Below, one piece after another: positions 20,389 to 30,317 of a stretch of DNA of 64,000 bases. Source of the stretch: an uncultured Salinibacterium sp. (GTDB lineage Bacteria > Actinomycetota > Actinomycetes > Actinomycetales > Microbacteriaceae); NCBI RefSeq assembly GCF_963974405.1, contig NZ_CAXBBH010000004.1:17618-81617 (forward strand). The letters run 5' to 3'. Each line of letters starts with the position of its first letter. Within the stretch, counting starts at the first letter, position 1. A program made the position numbers and the translations under genes. The notes under the pieces are model-generated. The model saw only the letters and a program-made list of their open reading frames with translations. It had not been told where the DNA came from and made no database searches.

Positions 20389-21755
20389 CGGCGTCCTCGG
20401 GCTCGATTGGCGGCCAACATGCGCGAACGATCAGCAGCTGACTGAACAGGATCCACAGGCGCTGCAGCGGTGCTCGCGTGTGCGGAATCTTTCGAACGCG
20501 CCGGAGCCGCCGAGTCACGCTGCAACGATGAGCCTGACTTTCCTGCCCGCGCGAACGACAGCACGATGCCGATAGCAAGCAGAGTCGCAATCAGCGCAGA
20601 GCCTCCAGTAGAGATGAGTGGCAATGGCACGCCGAGAACAGGAAGGACTCCCAGAACAACAGCGATGTTGACGAAAGCCTGACCGACGACCCACACCATG
20701 ACGCCCGCAGTGGTGATGCGCACAAAACTGTCGTTCGTGGAACGAATAATTCGAACAAACGCAACGGCAAGCGTCACGAAGAGCAGCAGCACAACGACGG
20801 CGCCGATCAAACCAAGTTCCTCGCCGATGATCGCAAAAACATAGTCACTATCCGCGTGCGGTAACCATCCGCGCTTAGCGACCGAGTTACCTAACCCGCG
20901 CCCGAAGAGGCCGCCCCCCGCAAGGGCCCAATAGGCATGCTCGATCTGCCAGCATGAATCTTGATAGTCGAGCGCTGTGCATCCGTTAAGCCACACTCCG
21001 ATGCGCGAACTTCGCGAACTGCTCGTGCTCGCAAACATAATCGCGCCGAGCGCAACCGCGATCACACCAACGCTCAGGAATCGCAAACGAACGCCGGCAA
21101 AGAAAAGGCACGCAAAAACGATGAGCAGCATGATGGATGCTGTGCCCAAGTCGTTTCCGATGAGCACGAAGCCAATCGCAGCACCGGCGACCGGTCCCAC
21201 CGGAAGAAGTACCTGTTTCCAGTCCGCGAGTTGATCTTGCTTAGTTGAGAGAACCCACGCGACCCACACGATCACAGCGACTTTGACGAACTCCGATGGC
21301 TGCGCGCTGAAAGATCCGATCTGAATCCAGTTCTGGTTTCCGCCGTAACCCCAACCAATTCCCGGAACGAATACAAGGAGCTGAAGGACGCCACCCAGAA
21401 TCAGCCCCGGAAGCGCCCAGCGCTTCCAGAATCGCACAGGCGCGCGAGACGCAAGGAGCATGAGGGGAATGCCGATGAGGGCGAATGCGGTCTGCCGCAG
21501 AAAACTACCGAAGAACCCCTTGTCGGCCGCATAAGACTCCACCGACGATGATGAGAGCACCATCACAAGTCCAAAAATGACCAAAAAGAGAGTTGTGCCA
21601 AGTAGCAAGAAGAAGTCGCTCGACTGGGCCGAGAAGATCTTCTTCACGGGAACCCGCGCAGCAACCGGCTTCGATGAAACCGGGGGTGCGGCAGGGTGAG
21701 GGCGAGGCTGCGGTGCGGAGTTAGTCGGCCGCTGTGGTCGCTGAGGAGGCGCCAT
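20385..21755 (-). CDS. ftsW: SEDS-family FtsW (lipid II flippase/peptidoglycan polymerase)
   Basis: 456 aa polytopic protein with Pro-rich N- and C-terminal tails, in the murD-ftsW-murG position. The start may be downstream of 21755, because the ORF overlaps the murD 3' end by 35 nt. Confidence 0.88.
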   Translation of the reverse strand: MAPPQRPQRPTNSAPQPRPHPAAPPVSSKPVAARVPVKKIFSAQSSDFFLLLGTTLFLVIFGLVMVLSSSSVESYAADKGFFGSFLRQTAFALIGIPLMLLASRAPVRFWKRWALPGLILGGVLQLLVFVPGIGWGYGGNQNWIQIGSFSAQPSEFVKVAVIVWVAWVLSTKQDQLADWKQVLLPVGPVAGAAIGFVLIGNDLGTASIMLLIVFACLFFAGVRLRFLSVGVIAVALGAIMFASTSSSRSSRIGVWLNGCTALDYQDSCWQIEHAYWALAGGGLFGRGLGNSVAKRGWLPHADSDYVFAIIGEELGLIGAVVVLLLFVTLAVAFVRIIRSTNDSFVRITTAGVMVWVVGQAFVNIAVVLGVLPVLGVPLPLISTGGSALIATLLAIGIVLSFARAGKSGSSLQRDSAAPARSKDSAHASTAAAPVDPVQSAADRSRMLAANRARGRR

Positions 21756-23238
21756 CGTCGTTTTCTCCTACCCGTTCCAACACTGCAGCTGCGAACTTGT
21801 CTCCACGATCCGAATAACTACTGAACTGATCCATGGATGCCGCTGCCGGCGCCAATAAGACTGTGTCACCATCTGCAGCGATCCCATGAGCTATCTCAAC
21901 AGCGCGCGGCATCACGTGCTCAGTGTCAGCCGCGTCAACCTCGAAGACTGGAATCTGGGGCGCGTGTCGCTCGAATGCGGCCCGAATTGCCAGCCTCTCG
22001 CTACCAATAACGATGGCAGCCTTGAGCCTGTCCGCGTGCTTCTCAACAAGAGGTGCGACATCGACACCTTTCAAGAGTCCGCCAAGTATCCAGACCACGG
22101 GATCGGCGGCAGAAAGCGAAGCGCTCGCAGCGTGGGAGTTAGTTGCCTTCGAATCATTGATCCAGCGCACTCCCCCACTCACGATGACGACCTGATTGCG
22201 GTGGGCATCAATTTCGAAACTCGCGACTCCTGCGCGAAGTGCTTCTACGGTGACTCCTGCCGCCCGCACGAGCGCACTCGCTGCCAAGATATTGGCGACC
22301 ATGTGCGGTGCGGCAAAGTTGCGCTGCTGCAGTTCGTCGAGCGTAAAGAGTTCGAGCGCCGAGTTATGGCGATCTTCTCCGAACGCACGGTCCGCGAGAA
22401 TGTCACTCACGATGCCAAAATCGCTGGGACCCGGCGTATCAAGCCCAAAGCCAATTGCTCGACATCCCTCGATCACGTCGGCCTCTTCGACCATCGTTTG
22501 AGTCTCGGAGACTGCCCTGTTGTACACGGCGGCGATTTTCGTATTGGCGTAGACCGTACCTTTTGCTTGTGCGTACGCGTCTCGCGAGCCGTGCCAGTCC
22601 AGATGATCATCGGCGAAATTGAGGCACACGCTTGCCAGCGGTGAGATCGCGCCGGCGCCATCGCGCGGCATACCGTGCAGCTGGAAGCTCGAGAGTTCCA
22701 CAACGAGAAAATCAAAGCCATCGGGGTATCTGATCGCATCGAGAACGGGGATCCCGATGTTGCCCACAGCGCCCGCACGGTAGCCCGCCGTGCTCAGAAT
22801 GTGCGCCGTCAATTGCGCCGTTGTCGTCTTGCCGTTGGTGCCCGTGATCGCGATCCATTCGGCAGGCGTGCCTGTCTTATCGTGCAGTCTCCAAGCGAGT
22901 TCGATCTCCGTCCACATCGCGACGCTGTTCGCGCGGCACCACTCCACGAGCGGGTGATCGAGTGGGTATCCCGGAGAAACAATCACGACATCTGGCTCGT
23001 GCTCCTGCAGTGCCGAAACTTGGCTTTCTGGCACACCGCCTAGCGCAAGTGTGGCTCCAATAACCTGAGCCATCTCGACGCGGTTGGCGGATGCGGAATC
23101 CGCGATCACAAGCACGTCAGTCTTCAATTCTGAAAGAGTGTCGGCCGCGGAGAATCCAGTCGCGCCGAGTCCGAGAACCGCGATGCGGAGCTCGCTCCAT
23201 GCCGCGTTCCAACTGGTGAATGAAGTGAGATCACGCAC
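21721..23238 (-). CDS. murD: UDP-N-acetylmuramoylalanine--D-glutamate ligase
   Basis: 505 aa with GLGATGFSAA and ITGTNGKTTTAQL Mur-ligase motifs. Confidence 0.93.
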   Translation of the reverse strand: MRDLTSFTSWNAAWSELRIAVLGLGATGFSAADTLSELKTDVLVIADSASANRVEMAQVIGATLALGGVPESQVSALQEHEPDVVIVSPGYPLDHPLVEWCRANSVAMWTEIELAWRLHDKTGTPAEWIAITGTNGKTTTAQLTAHILSTAGYRAGAVGNIGIPVLDAIRYPDGFDFLVVELSSFQLHGMPRDGAGAISPLASVCLNFADDHLDWHGSRDAYAQAKGTVYANTKIAAVYNRAVSETQTMVEEADVIEGCRAIGFGLDTPGPSDFGIVSDILADRAFGEDRHNSALELFTLDELQQRNFAAPHMVANILAASALVRAAGVTVEALRAGVASFEIDAHRNQVVIVSGGVRWINDSKATNSHAASASLSAADPVVWILGGLLKGVDVAPLVEKHADRLKAAIVIGSERLAIRAAFERHAPQIPVFEVDAADTEHVMPRAVEIAHGIAADGDTVLLAPAAASMDQFSSYSDRGDKFAAAVLERVGENDDGASSATTAAD

Positions 23239-23240
23239 AG

Positions 23241-24338
23241 CTACTGGTTAATCCATTCGAGATAGAAGGTTCCGACTCCAGCCGCCACGAAGAGTGCTGC
23301 GATGAGCCAGAAGCGCACCACAACCGTGACTTCCGCCCATCCTTTGAGTTCAAAATGATGGTGCAGCGGGCTCATGAGGAAGATGCGTTTACCGCCGGTG
23401 ATTTTGAAGTACGCCCGTTGAAGGATCACCGAGCCGGTAACGATGAGGAACAGGCCGCCGATGAGGACAAGCAGGAGTTCGGTGCGGCTCATAATCGCTA
23501 GAGCAGCAAGAGCACCACCGAGGCCGAGCGAACCAGTGTCACCCATGAAAACTTGTGCGGGGGATGTGTTCCACCAGAGGAAGCCAATCAAGGCGCCCGC
23601 GATTGCAGCCGCGATGATGGCGAGGTCCAGTGGGTCACGCACTTCGTAGCACTTGTACAGCACTTCACGGTCGATGCTCGGGTTGCTGCAGGATTGATTG
23701 TTCTGCCAAAAACCGATCACGATGTACGACGAAATAGCGAAGATAGCGGATCCTGTAGCGAGACCATCAAGGCCATCCGCGACGTTCACTCCGTTTGAGG
23801 TGCTCACGATAATCAGAGTCACCCAGATGGCGAACAAAATAGCACCTGCGACGACACCGAAAGTCGCCAGATCAAGCCAAGAAATATCGCGAATACCCGA
23901 GATCATTGATGATGCGGGCGTCAATCCACCAGGATCAGGAAAATTGAGTGCGAGAGCTGCAAAGCCCGCAGCAATGATGACCTGACCAGCAATCTTCGAC
24001 CAGCCACCGAGGCCGAGACTGCGCTGTTTGCGCGTCTTCATGAAATCATCAATGAATCCGATCAGACCGAGACCAACCATGAGGTAGATCACGAGGAGAC
24101 CCGACAGAGTCACCGGTTCGCCGGCAACCCAGTGGCCGACGAAATAACCGATGGTCGATCCGAGGATGAATACGATTCCGCCCATGGTCGGTGTGCCGCG
24201 CTTGGTGTGGTGGCTCTCGGGGCCATCGTCGCGAATGAACTGCCCCCACTTCAGGCGGACAAATAGCTTGATGAAGAGCGGGGTCAGGAGCAGCGTAAAG
24301 ACGAGAGAGAATGCGGCCGCGATAAGCAGTGCGATCAT
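23241..24338 (-). CDS. mraY: phospho-N-acetylmuramoyl-pentapeptide transferase
   Basis: 365 aa polytopic protein with MraY blocks [19 protein letters not shown] and HHHFE. Confidence 0.96.
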   Translation of the reverse strand: MIALLIAAAFSLVFTLLLTPLFIKLFVRLKWGQFIRDDGPESHHTKRGTPTMGGIVFILGSTIGYFVGHWVAGEPVTLSGLLVIYLMVGLGLIGFIDDFMKTRKQRSLGLGGWSKIAGQVIIAAGFAALALNFPDPGGLTPASSMISGIRDISWLDLATFGVVAGAILFAIWVTLIIVSTSNGVNVADGLDGLATGSAIFAISSYIVIGFWQNNQSCSNPSIDREVLYKCYEVRDPLDLAIIAAAIAGALIGFLWWNTSPAQVFMGDTGSLGLGGALAALAIMSRTELLLVLIGGLFLIVTGSVILQRAYFKITGGKRIFLMSPLHHHFELKGWAEVTVVVRFWLIAALFVAAGVGTFYLEWINQ

Positions 24339-25738
24339 GCGTTCACCCCGGCAATCCGGTCACCCAGGTGTCGCAGGCCAGCAGAGTTCGACGATTTCAC
24401 CAACACAACATCGCCTTCTCGCAGTTCTTCACGCAGCACAGCGTATGCCTCTTCGACGCTATCGACGAGGACCGACTCTCCATCCCAGGAACCTTCGAGT
24501 CCTGCAGCATTATGGATGTGGCGAGCCGCGTGACCCACGACGATCAACTTCTGAACATTCAGCCGCACAATAAGGCGGCCAATTCTGTCGTGCTCCTCGT
24601 TTGCATAATCGCCGAGTTCAGCGATCTCACCGAGCACAGCAACTGAGCGATTCTGCGGTCCGACTACCTGCACGAGTGTCTTAAGCGCGGCCGCCATTGA
24701 ATCGGGACTCGCGTTATAAGCATCGTTGATCACTGTGATCCCGCCGGGAGCTTCTAAGAGTTCCATTCGCCACCGTTCAGCGCGCTCGATCGACTCAAGC
24801 GCAGCAACCGAAGTACTAGGCGAGATGCCGAGTGCTCGCGCTGCCGTGATGGCCGCGAGAGCGTTCGTGACGTGATGTTCGCCCAAAATGCGCAATTGAA
24901 CGGGAATCACCGCATCGCCGATATGAAGATCGAACGAGGTGCCCTTTGCTGTGGCTTGGATGTCATCGGCCCAGACATGGGCGGTCGAGTCGAGACCGAA
25001 GAAGGCCACTTTCGCCTCCGTCTGCTGCGCCATAACTTTGACGCGACCGTCGTCGCTATTCAATACGGCAGTCGCGGTCGAAGGCAGGCTAGAGACCATT
25101 TCGGACTTCGCTCTGGCCGTTGCTGCGGCATCCCCGAACTTTCCAATATGCGCCAGCCCAACCATGAGCACGATCCCCACGTCGGGCATCACGACAGATT
25201 GCAAGCGGGCGATGTCTCCAATGCCGTCTGCACCCATCTCAACTACCAAGAATTTAGTGGCATCAGAGACCTGCAACATTGTGATGGGAGCACCAACATC
25301 GTTGTTGAAAGACCCCTGCGGCGCGACCGTTTCTCCCACACTCTGCAAGATCGAGCGAAGCATGTTCTTCGTCGTCGTCTTGCCGTTGGAGCCCGTAACG
25401 GCGACGACTTTGAGCTCACCCTTGCCTCTTACCGCAGCAACCACGAAGCGAGCGAGTGCCTGAAGAGCGGCAACGCCGTCGTGCACAATAATTTGAGTAA
25501 CGTCGAGGTCAAGCGGGCGCTCGGCAATCACAAGTGCCGCGCCGTTTTCGAGGGCTTTCGCTGCGAACAAATGCCCGTCGGTCGTTTCTCCGCGGAGGGC
25601 GAAAAAAATTGATCCCGGGGTGTTAAGGCGCGAATCCGTCTGCACGCTGCTCGCCGAGAGTCGCCGCTGGCTATCACTGCCGTCACTCAACTGCCCGCCC
25701 ATGGCGGTGGCAATTTCGGCAAGACTCAGTTCGATCAC
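24335..25738 (-). CDS. murF: UDP-N-acetylmuramoyl-tripeptide--D-alanyl-D-alanine ligase
   Basis: 467 aa. The MurF-specific blocks [14 protein letters not shown] and [15 protein letters not shown] match E. coli MurF (GNLNNDIGVPMTLL, DDSYNANVGSM). It lacks the MurE blocks DYAHTPDAL and GCGGDRD. Confidence 0.92.
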   Translation of the reverse strand: MIELSLAEIATAMGGQLSDGSDSQRRLSASSVQTDSRLNTPGSIFFALRGETTDGHLFAAKALENGAALVIAERPLDLDVTQIIVHDGVAALQALARFVVAAVRGKGELKVVAVTGSNGKTTTKNMLRSILQSVGETVAPQGSFNNDVGAPITMLQVSDATKFLVVEMGADGIGDIARLQSVVMPDVGIVLMVGLAHIGKFGDAAATARAKSEMVSSLPSTATAVLNSDDGRVKVMAQQTEAKVAFFGLDSTAHVWADDIQATAKGTSFDLHIGDAVIPVQLRILGEHHVTNALAAITAARALGISPSTSVAALESIERAERWRMELLEAPGGITVINDAYNASPDSMAAALKTLVQVVGPQNRSVAVLGEIAELGDYANEEHDRIGRLIVRLNVQKLIVVGHAARHIHNAAGLEGSWDGESVLVDSVEEAYAVLREELREGDVVLVKSSNSAGLRHLGDRIAGVNA

Positions 25739-25772
25739 GTCATGTGCTCCAGGGTTGATGTACGCGGGGAAC

Positions 25773-27506
25773 TCACCAACGTAACGGCAAATCGGGGCCC
25801 GAGGTGCTTGACGGTGTCACGCGGTAAGTGGTGAGCGTTTGGGCCATGATGTCGCGGAATGTCGAGGCAATGGCGCCGGAATATATGCTATCTGGGATGC
25901 CCGCCGTTGCGATCACAATGTACTCAGGGTCATCTGCAGGGGCGAGGCCAGCGTAGGAAATAACAACGTTTCCGCCGTAGGAACCATTCTCTGCTACTTG
26001 AGCAGTACCGCTCTTGACAGCAACCCGGTACCCGGGGATTGCAAGGTTGGGAGCCGAACCGCTCGAGCTGTAGACCATCTCCATCATCTGCAAAGTCTGC
26101 TCTGCAGCCGCCTCGGAGATAACGCGAGTTCCCTCGGTCGACGGAATGTCCGTGACCGTGCCATCGGGCCGTGTGCAACTCTCGACGAGCACGGGAGGCA
26201 AACGCACGCCCCCGTTGCCCAGCGCCTGATAGGCACTCGCCATCTGAATGGATGTCGTGCTGAGCCCCTGTCCAAACTGAACCGCGTAGTTGGTACGCGC
26301 GTCCCAGTCTGCAGCGTCGTAGAGTGTTCCGCTCGATTCACCGTTGAAGCCTATGCCCGTTGCTTGACCGAGGCCGAACTTCGCGAGGTAGTCGTGACGC
26401 GAAGCGGCATCCAAAAGATCGGTATATTGCGCGATCGCGGTGTTAGACGACTCGACGAGTGCACCGGCAAGTGTGAGGCGCTGGTCTTCGTGATAGAAGG
26501 AGTCGCTAATGATTCCACCGCCGTTGGCGAGCTCGAGAGCGTAGGGCGAAACCACCTGTGTGCGCTGATTAGCGACACCTGCATCGATGAGCGATGCTGC
26601 CGTCAGCGCCTTAACCGTGGAGCCCGGCTCATAAGGAGTGCTGAACGCACGGGAGCCAAGCGCACCACGATCTGCAAGGTTCACATTATTGGGGTCGACT
26701 GTGGGCCAATCGCTTACTGCGAGTAGATGAGCGTCACTAACGCGCATAACGACACCGGTTGCCCACGTGGCACCAAGAGATTCAGCGGTCTGCGCCATTC
26801 GCTGCTGCACGTAAAATTGCAGATCACGGTCGATTGAAAGAGCGATCGTGCCGCCGTCGTCGGGAGAAAGTGTCTCCACCGCGCTGCCGGGAAGAGCAAC
26901 GCCGTCTTCACCCCGTGCGTAACTCGCTTCCACGTCAGTGCCCGCAAGGCATTCGTCGGCAGTAAGTTCTACGCCAGCCTGCGGTCCATCGGTTCCAATA
27001 AAACCCACAAGGTTCCCGGCGATTTCACCGTTGGGATACGTTCGCTCGGGGTTGAGCTCGTAGTAGAGCCAAGAAATATCGAGATCATCGACGGCTTGAT
27101 ACTGCTCAAGCGTGATGCTCTTCGCGAGGTACTCAAAGTCAGACTCTGGGTTCTCAAGAATCATCGTGAGCATCTGATTGGGATCTCCACCGATAATTTC
27201 GGTGATTTTTTTGAGATCTTCAAGCACCACAACGGATGCGTCCTTACGCAAGAGCGTAACGCGGGGAGAAATCACAATGTCGAACCGTTCGACGCTGTCG
27301 GCAAGAACCGCGCCGCGAGTGTCAACGATGTCTCCGCGGGTGCCATGCGTAACTCTCGTCAAGGTGCGTTTGGTGTCGGCCTCGGCGTTCAAGGCTTCCG
27401 CCTGCACAATTTGCAGGTCGACCAAGCGCACCATGAACACGGCGGTCAAGACGGCAATAGTGAGAACGACAAACGACACTCGAGCGCGAGTTGAGCGTGC
27501 TTTCAT
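25773..27506 (-). CDS. ftsI: class B penicillin-binding protein (FtsI/PBP transpeptidase)
   Basis: 577 aa. N-terminal TM anchor, dimerisation domain and transpeptidase motifs STVK, SSN (VESSNTA) and KSGT. Confidence 0.9.
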   Translation of the reverse strand: MKARSTRARVSFVVLTIAVLTAVFMVRLVDLQIVQAEALNAEADTKRTLTRVTHGTRGDIVDTRGAVLADSVERFDIVISPRVTLLRKDASVVVLEDLKKITEIIGGDPNQMLTMILENPESDFEYLAKSITLEQYQAVDDLDISWLYYELNPERTYPNGEIAGNLVGFIGTDGPQAGVELTADECLAGTDVEASYARGEDGVALPGSAVETLSPDDGGTIALSIDRDLQFYVQQRMAQTAESLGATWATGVVMRVSDAHLLAVSDWPTVDPNNVNLADRGALGSRAFSTPYEPGSTVKALTAASLIDAGVANQRTQVVSPYALELANGGGIISDSFYHEDQRLTLAGALVESSNTAIAQYTDLLDAASRHDYLAKFGLGQATGIGFNGESSGTLYDAADWDARTNYAVQFGQGLSTTSIQMASAYQALGNGGVRLPPVLVESCTRPDGTVTDIPSTEGTRVISEAAAEQTLQMMEMVYSSSGSAPNLAIPGYRVAVKSGTAQVAENGSYGGNVVISYAGLAPADDPEYIVIATAGIPDSIYSGAIASTFRDIMAQTLTTYRVTPSSTSGPDLPLRW

Positions 27507-27534
27507 CGGTCCTCCCCCAGAGGGTTCGCCTCAA

Positions 27535-28134
27535 TCATCGCGTGACTGGTGCAGGAATTGCGTTATTGGAAGGCTCTGGCGCGGCGGTCCCTGCCGTCGC
27601 CGCGGCTCCACCGGGGGTCGCGGCCACCGGAGACTTCGCCGCTGTTGCCGCGGCAGCCGCCGATTCGGCGCTGACAAGAGGAATCCCAGAGAGAAGGGTG
27701 TTGCCGACAAGCCCACAGCTCCCGCCACAACCTGTGGGGTCAGCACTTCCTGGTAGACGGAACACTGATCCATCCGTGATGTCTAGCGAGTACGGCGTTG
27801 CATTCGGGACCATACCTAAACCGGCAGCTTGCGCAGCGAGGTTTTGCGATGATGACTGCAACGAAAGTGACTCGAGGAGACTCTGCTCGGTACGCATGAG
27901 CACCTTCTGCTCGTACTGCAACGAATCAATCTGGTAGGCACCCTGCGTAACGACGATGCTCAGCAACAGTTGTGCAGCAAGAATGACGAAGAAGCTCGCG
28001 ACCGTAACCACTGCGTAAAGCATGCGAGGCCGCGCCTTACGCTGAGCTCGCGTTGTAACAATCTCAATATGAGCCGGTCGCTCCGATGGGCGGCGTAGAG
28101 GTTGTGGCTGCGCATAGGCGAGATTGGTGCTCAT
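27535..28134 (-). CDS. ftsL: FtsL-like septation protein (single TM, coiled coil, Ala/Pro-rich tail)
   Basis: 199 aa in the conserved slot between rsmH and ftsI. Has one TM helix ([25 protein letters not shown]) followed by a short coiled region. The call rests mainly on position and architecture. Confidence 0.6.
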   Translation of the reverse strand: MSTNLAYAQPQPLRRPSERPAHIEIVTTRAQRKARPRMLYAVVTVASFFVILAAQLLLSIVVTQGAYQIDSLQYEQKVLMRTEQSLLESLSLQSSSQNLAAQAAGLGMVPNATPYSLDITDGSVFRLPGSADPTGCGGSCGLVGNTLLSGIPLVSAESAAAAATAAKSPVAATPGGAAATAGTAAPEPSNNAIPAPVTR

Positions 28135-29120
28135 GTGGTGACTCGCATTCGTTCAATCGCTCGCAGTCGTACGGGCTTTGCTCGGGGATTAAGGTCTTGT
28201 TCTGCTTCGCCTGCCTGCTCTGAACCACGAACGAGGAGCTTGAGCTCCGGCTTGTGCTCGGGAAGCTCGACAGGCAGCCCGGCGGGAGCAGTAGAGCGCG
28301 AGCGACGCTGCAATTCGCGCTTCACGATGCGGTCTTCGAGCGACTGATAGGCCAATACGACCATCCGGCCACCCAAAGCCAATGAGTTGATCGCGGCAGG
28401 AATAGCACGCTCAAGAACTGAGAGCTCCTGATTGACCTCAATACGAAGTGCTTGGAACACTCTTTTAGCGGGGTGTCCAGCACGCTGGGCTGCGGCTGGT
28501 GTAGCAGCGATGATCAACTCGACCAGTTGAGCGGAAGTTGTCAGCGGTTGCTTCTCGCGGAATTGAACTATGCGGCTAGCGAAACGTGGAGCGAGCTTTT
28601 CATCTCCGTACGCGTAAAAAATACGGCGAAGTTCGAGCTCGCTATAGGTCGCGAGGATGTGCTCTGCCGTCACCGGCGTCGAGGCATCCATTCTCATATC
28701 TAGCGGAGCGTCCTGAGAATAGGAGAAGCCCCGCTCAACACGGTCGAGCTGAAGTGACGAGACTCCGAGGTCGAAGAAAATGCCCTCGACTGCCGGGATT
28801 CCCAGCGAAGCGAGTGCCTGCGGAATCTCGTCGTAGACAGCATGAACAAAGTGCGTGCGGCTAGCGAAAGGCTCAAGCCGACGTCGAGCGATAGCAAGAG
28901 CGTCCTCGTCTCTATCAACCCCCACAAGCGTGAGGTCCGGGAAACGCTGGAGGAAAGCCTCCGCGTGGCCGGCCATTCCGAGAGTTCCGTCGACGAGAAC
29001 GGCTCCGGGAGCGCTCAGCGCGGGCGCAAGCAACTCGATGGAACGTTCTAGGAGTACTGGGGTGTGGATGGTGTTGTCAGCCATGGCGTATGGGCCTAGT
29101 TCTTGGAGGCTGATCCCCAT
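28131..29120 (-). CDS. rsmH: 16S rRNA (cytosine1402-N4)-methyltransferase
   Basis: Motifs [15 protein letters not shown] and [10 protein letters not shown]. The start is either 29120 or the ATG at 29084 (MADNTIH...). Confidence 0.93.
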   Translation of the reverse strand: MGISLQELGPYAMADNTIHTPVLLERSIELLAPALSAPGAVLVDGTLGMAGHAEAFLQRFPDLTLVGVDRDEDALAIARRRLEPFASRTHFVHAVYDEIPQALASLGIPAVEGIFFDLGVSSLQLDRVERGFSYSQDAPLDMRMDASTPVTAEHILATYSELELRRIFYAYGDEKLAPRFASRIVQFREKQPLTTSAQLVELIIAATPAAAQRAGHPAKRVFQALRIEVNQELSVLERAIPAAINSLALGGRMVVLAYQSLEDRIVKRELQRRSRSTAPAGLPVELPEHKPELKLLVRGSEQAGEAEQDLNPRAKPVRLRAIERMRVTT

Positions 29121-29183
29121 CCGATGCGACCTGATATCGGGGAAGAAAATCAGGGCGTTCGGCTGGGAGTCAGCGTCGAAGAG

Positions 29184-29615
29184 CTAGAAGAGTCCCGGAA
29201 TCACCTCCTCGGTGGTGTTGACGAAATCGGCTTCAGTGGCCTCGTAGTAGTTGTTCCAGGCCTCGGTGTCCCAGATTTCAGCGCGGTTACCCGCTCCGAT
29301 AACAGTCAGATCGCGACCGAGCCCGGCGTACTCACGCAGACCAGCAGGAATTGTGACCCGATGCTGCTTGTCAGGCGTTTCTTGGTTCGCGCCGGAGAGA
29401 AAGAGTCGCAAGAAGTCGCGCCCCTGCTTGCTCGTGACCGGTGCCTTGCGAATTGCTTCATGCATCACTTCGAATTCGCGCTGACTGAACACGTAGAGGC
29501 AACGTTCCTGACCTCGAGTAACGACAACACCGGATGCAAGTTCCTCGCGAAACTTCGCCGGCAGGATAATGCGTCCCTTGTCGTCGAGCTTGGGGGCGTA
29601 GGTGCCAAGAAACAC
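29184..29615 (-). CDS. mraZ: transcriptional regulator MraZ
   Basis: 143 aa with a GTG start and an upstream GGGGAGGG. N-terminus [23 protein letters not shown] and a second SpoVT/AbrB-like repeat ([13 protein letters not shown]). Confidence 0.95.
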   Translation of the reverse strand: MFLGTYAPKLDDKGRIILPAKFREELASGVVVTRGQERCLYVFSQREFEVMHEAIRKAPVTSKQGRDFLRLFLSGANQETPDKQHRVTIPAGLREYAGLGRDLTVIGAGNRAEIWDTEAWNNYYEATEADFVNTTEEVIPGLF

Positions 29616-29654
29616 GGCGCCCTCCCCTCAATCTCCGGCCCGGATTCTGGTTGC

Positions 29655-29680
29655 CTCCACTTTACTCCACTTTCAACCAC
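29655..29680 (-). promoter_or_regulatory. three direct GTGGNG repeats at 10-bp spacing (MraZ-box-like operator)
   Basis: The minus strand reads GTGGTTgaaaGTGGAGtaaaGTGGAG (hexamers at 29680..29675, 29670..29665 and 29660..29655), 40-65 nt upstream of the mraZ start. Confidence 0.6.
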
Positions 29681-29808
29681 ATATCTAAGGTTTTTGGGCA
29701 ATATTCGGAAAAGATGCAGATTGAACCCAATAAATTACTGGAGTTTCACGGTGGAGGAGAATGGAGTGAGTGACCCCGAAAAACAGCAAGCGCCATAGTT
29801 CCGGGCAC

Positions 29809-29837
29809 AAAAAAAGGACCAGCCCGAAGGCTGGTCC
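29809..29837 (-). terminator. intrinsic terminator after the DUF3040 gene
   Basis: Perfect 9-bp stem GGACCAGCC/GGCTGGTCC (29816..29824 / 29829..29837) with a 4-nt loop, followed on the minus strand by TTTTTTT (29815..29809). Lies 24 nt downstream of the stop at 29861. Confidence 0.8.
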
Positions 29838-29860
29838 TTGAAAGTGGAGAGAGTGTTGCG

Positions 29861-30244
29861 CTAGCCGCGACCGTTCTGGCGGCGGTCCCAACGCTCGTTG
29901 ATGGTGTCCATGAAAGAGGAACCACGCTTGGCCCTCGACCTCGAAGAAGAGGATGGGGAATCAGTAGCGCTCTCAGAGCTACCAGGGCGAGGAGGCGAAA
30001 CGAAGAGCAACACTCCCGCAAACATGACCACGAAACCCAACACCCCAACAAGTGGCTGCTGAATGATGACGCCAGTGAGGAGCGCGATGATTCCGGCAAC
30101 TCCAACAAGCACGCCAATTACCATCATTCGATAGTTTGGCTTGCCCTTGCGAGCGCTGACTGCACTAACGAAATCGGCATCGTTTTGATAGAGACTGCGC
30201 TCCATTTCATCGAGGGCCCGCTGCTCTTGCTCTGAAAGCGGCAT
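29861..30244 (-). CDS. DUF3040-type membrane protein
   Basis: 127 aa. N-terminus MPLSEQEQRALDEMERSLYQNDADF followed by two TM helices. Confidence 0.75.
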   Translation of the reverse strand: MPLSEQEQRALDEMERSLYQNDADFVSAVSARKGKPNYRMMVIGVLVGVAGIIALLTGVIIQQPLVGVLGFVVMFAGVLLFVSPPRPGSSESATDSPSSSSRSRAKRGSSFMDTINERWDRRQNGRG

Positions 30245-30317
30245 TCCGTTCCCCTCTCTCTGGGATTTACGGCTAGGTCTCTATAGTACGCCCCGATCCA
30301 CTAGGTAGGCTAGACGG

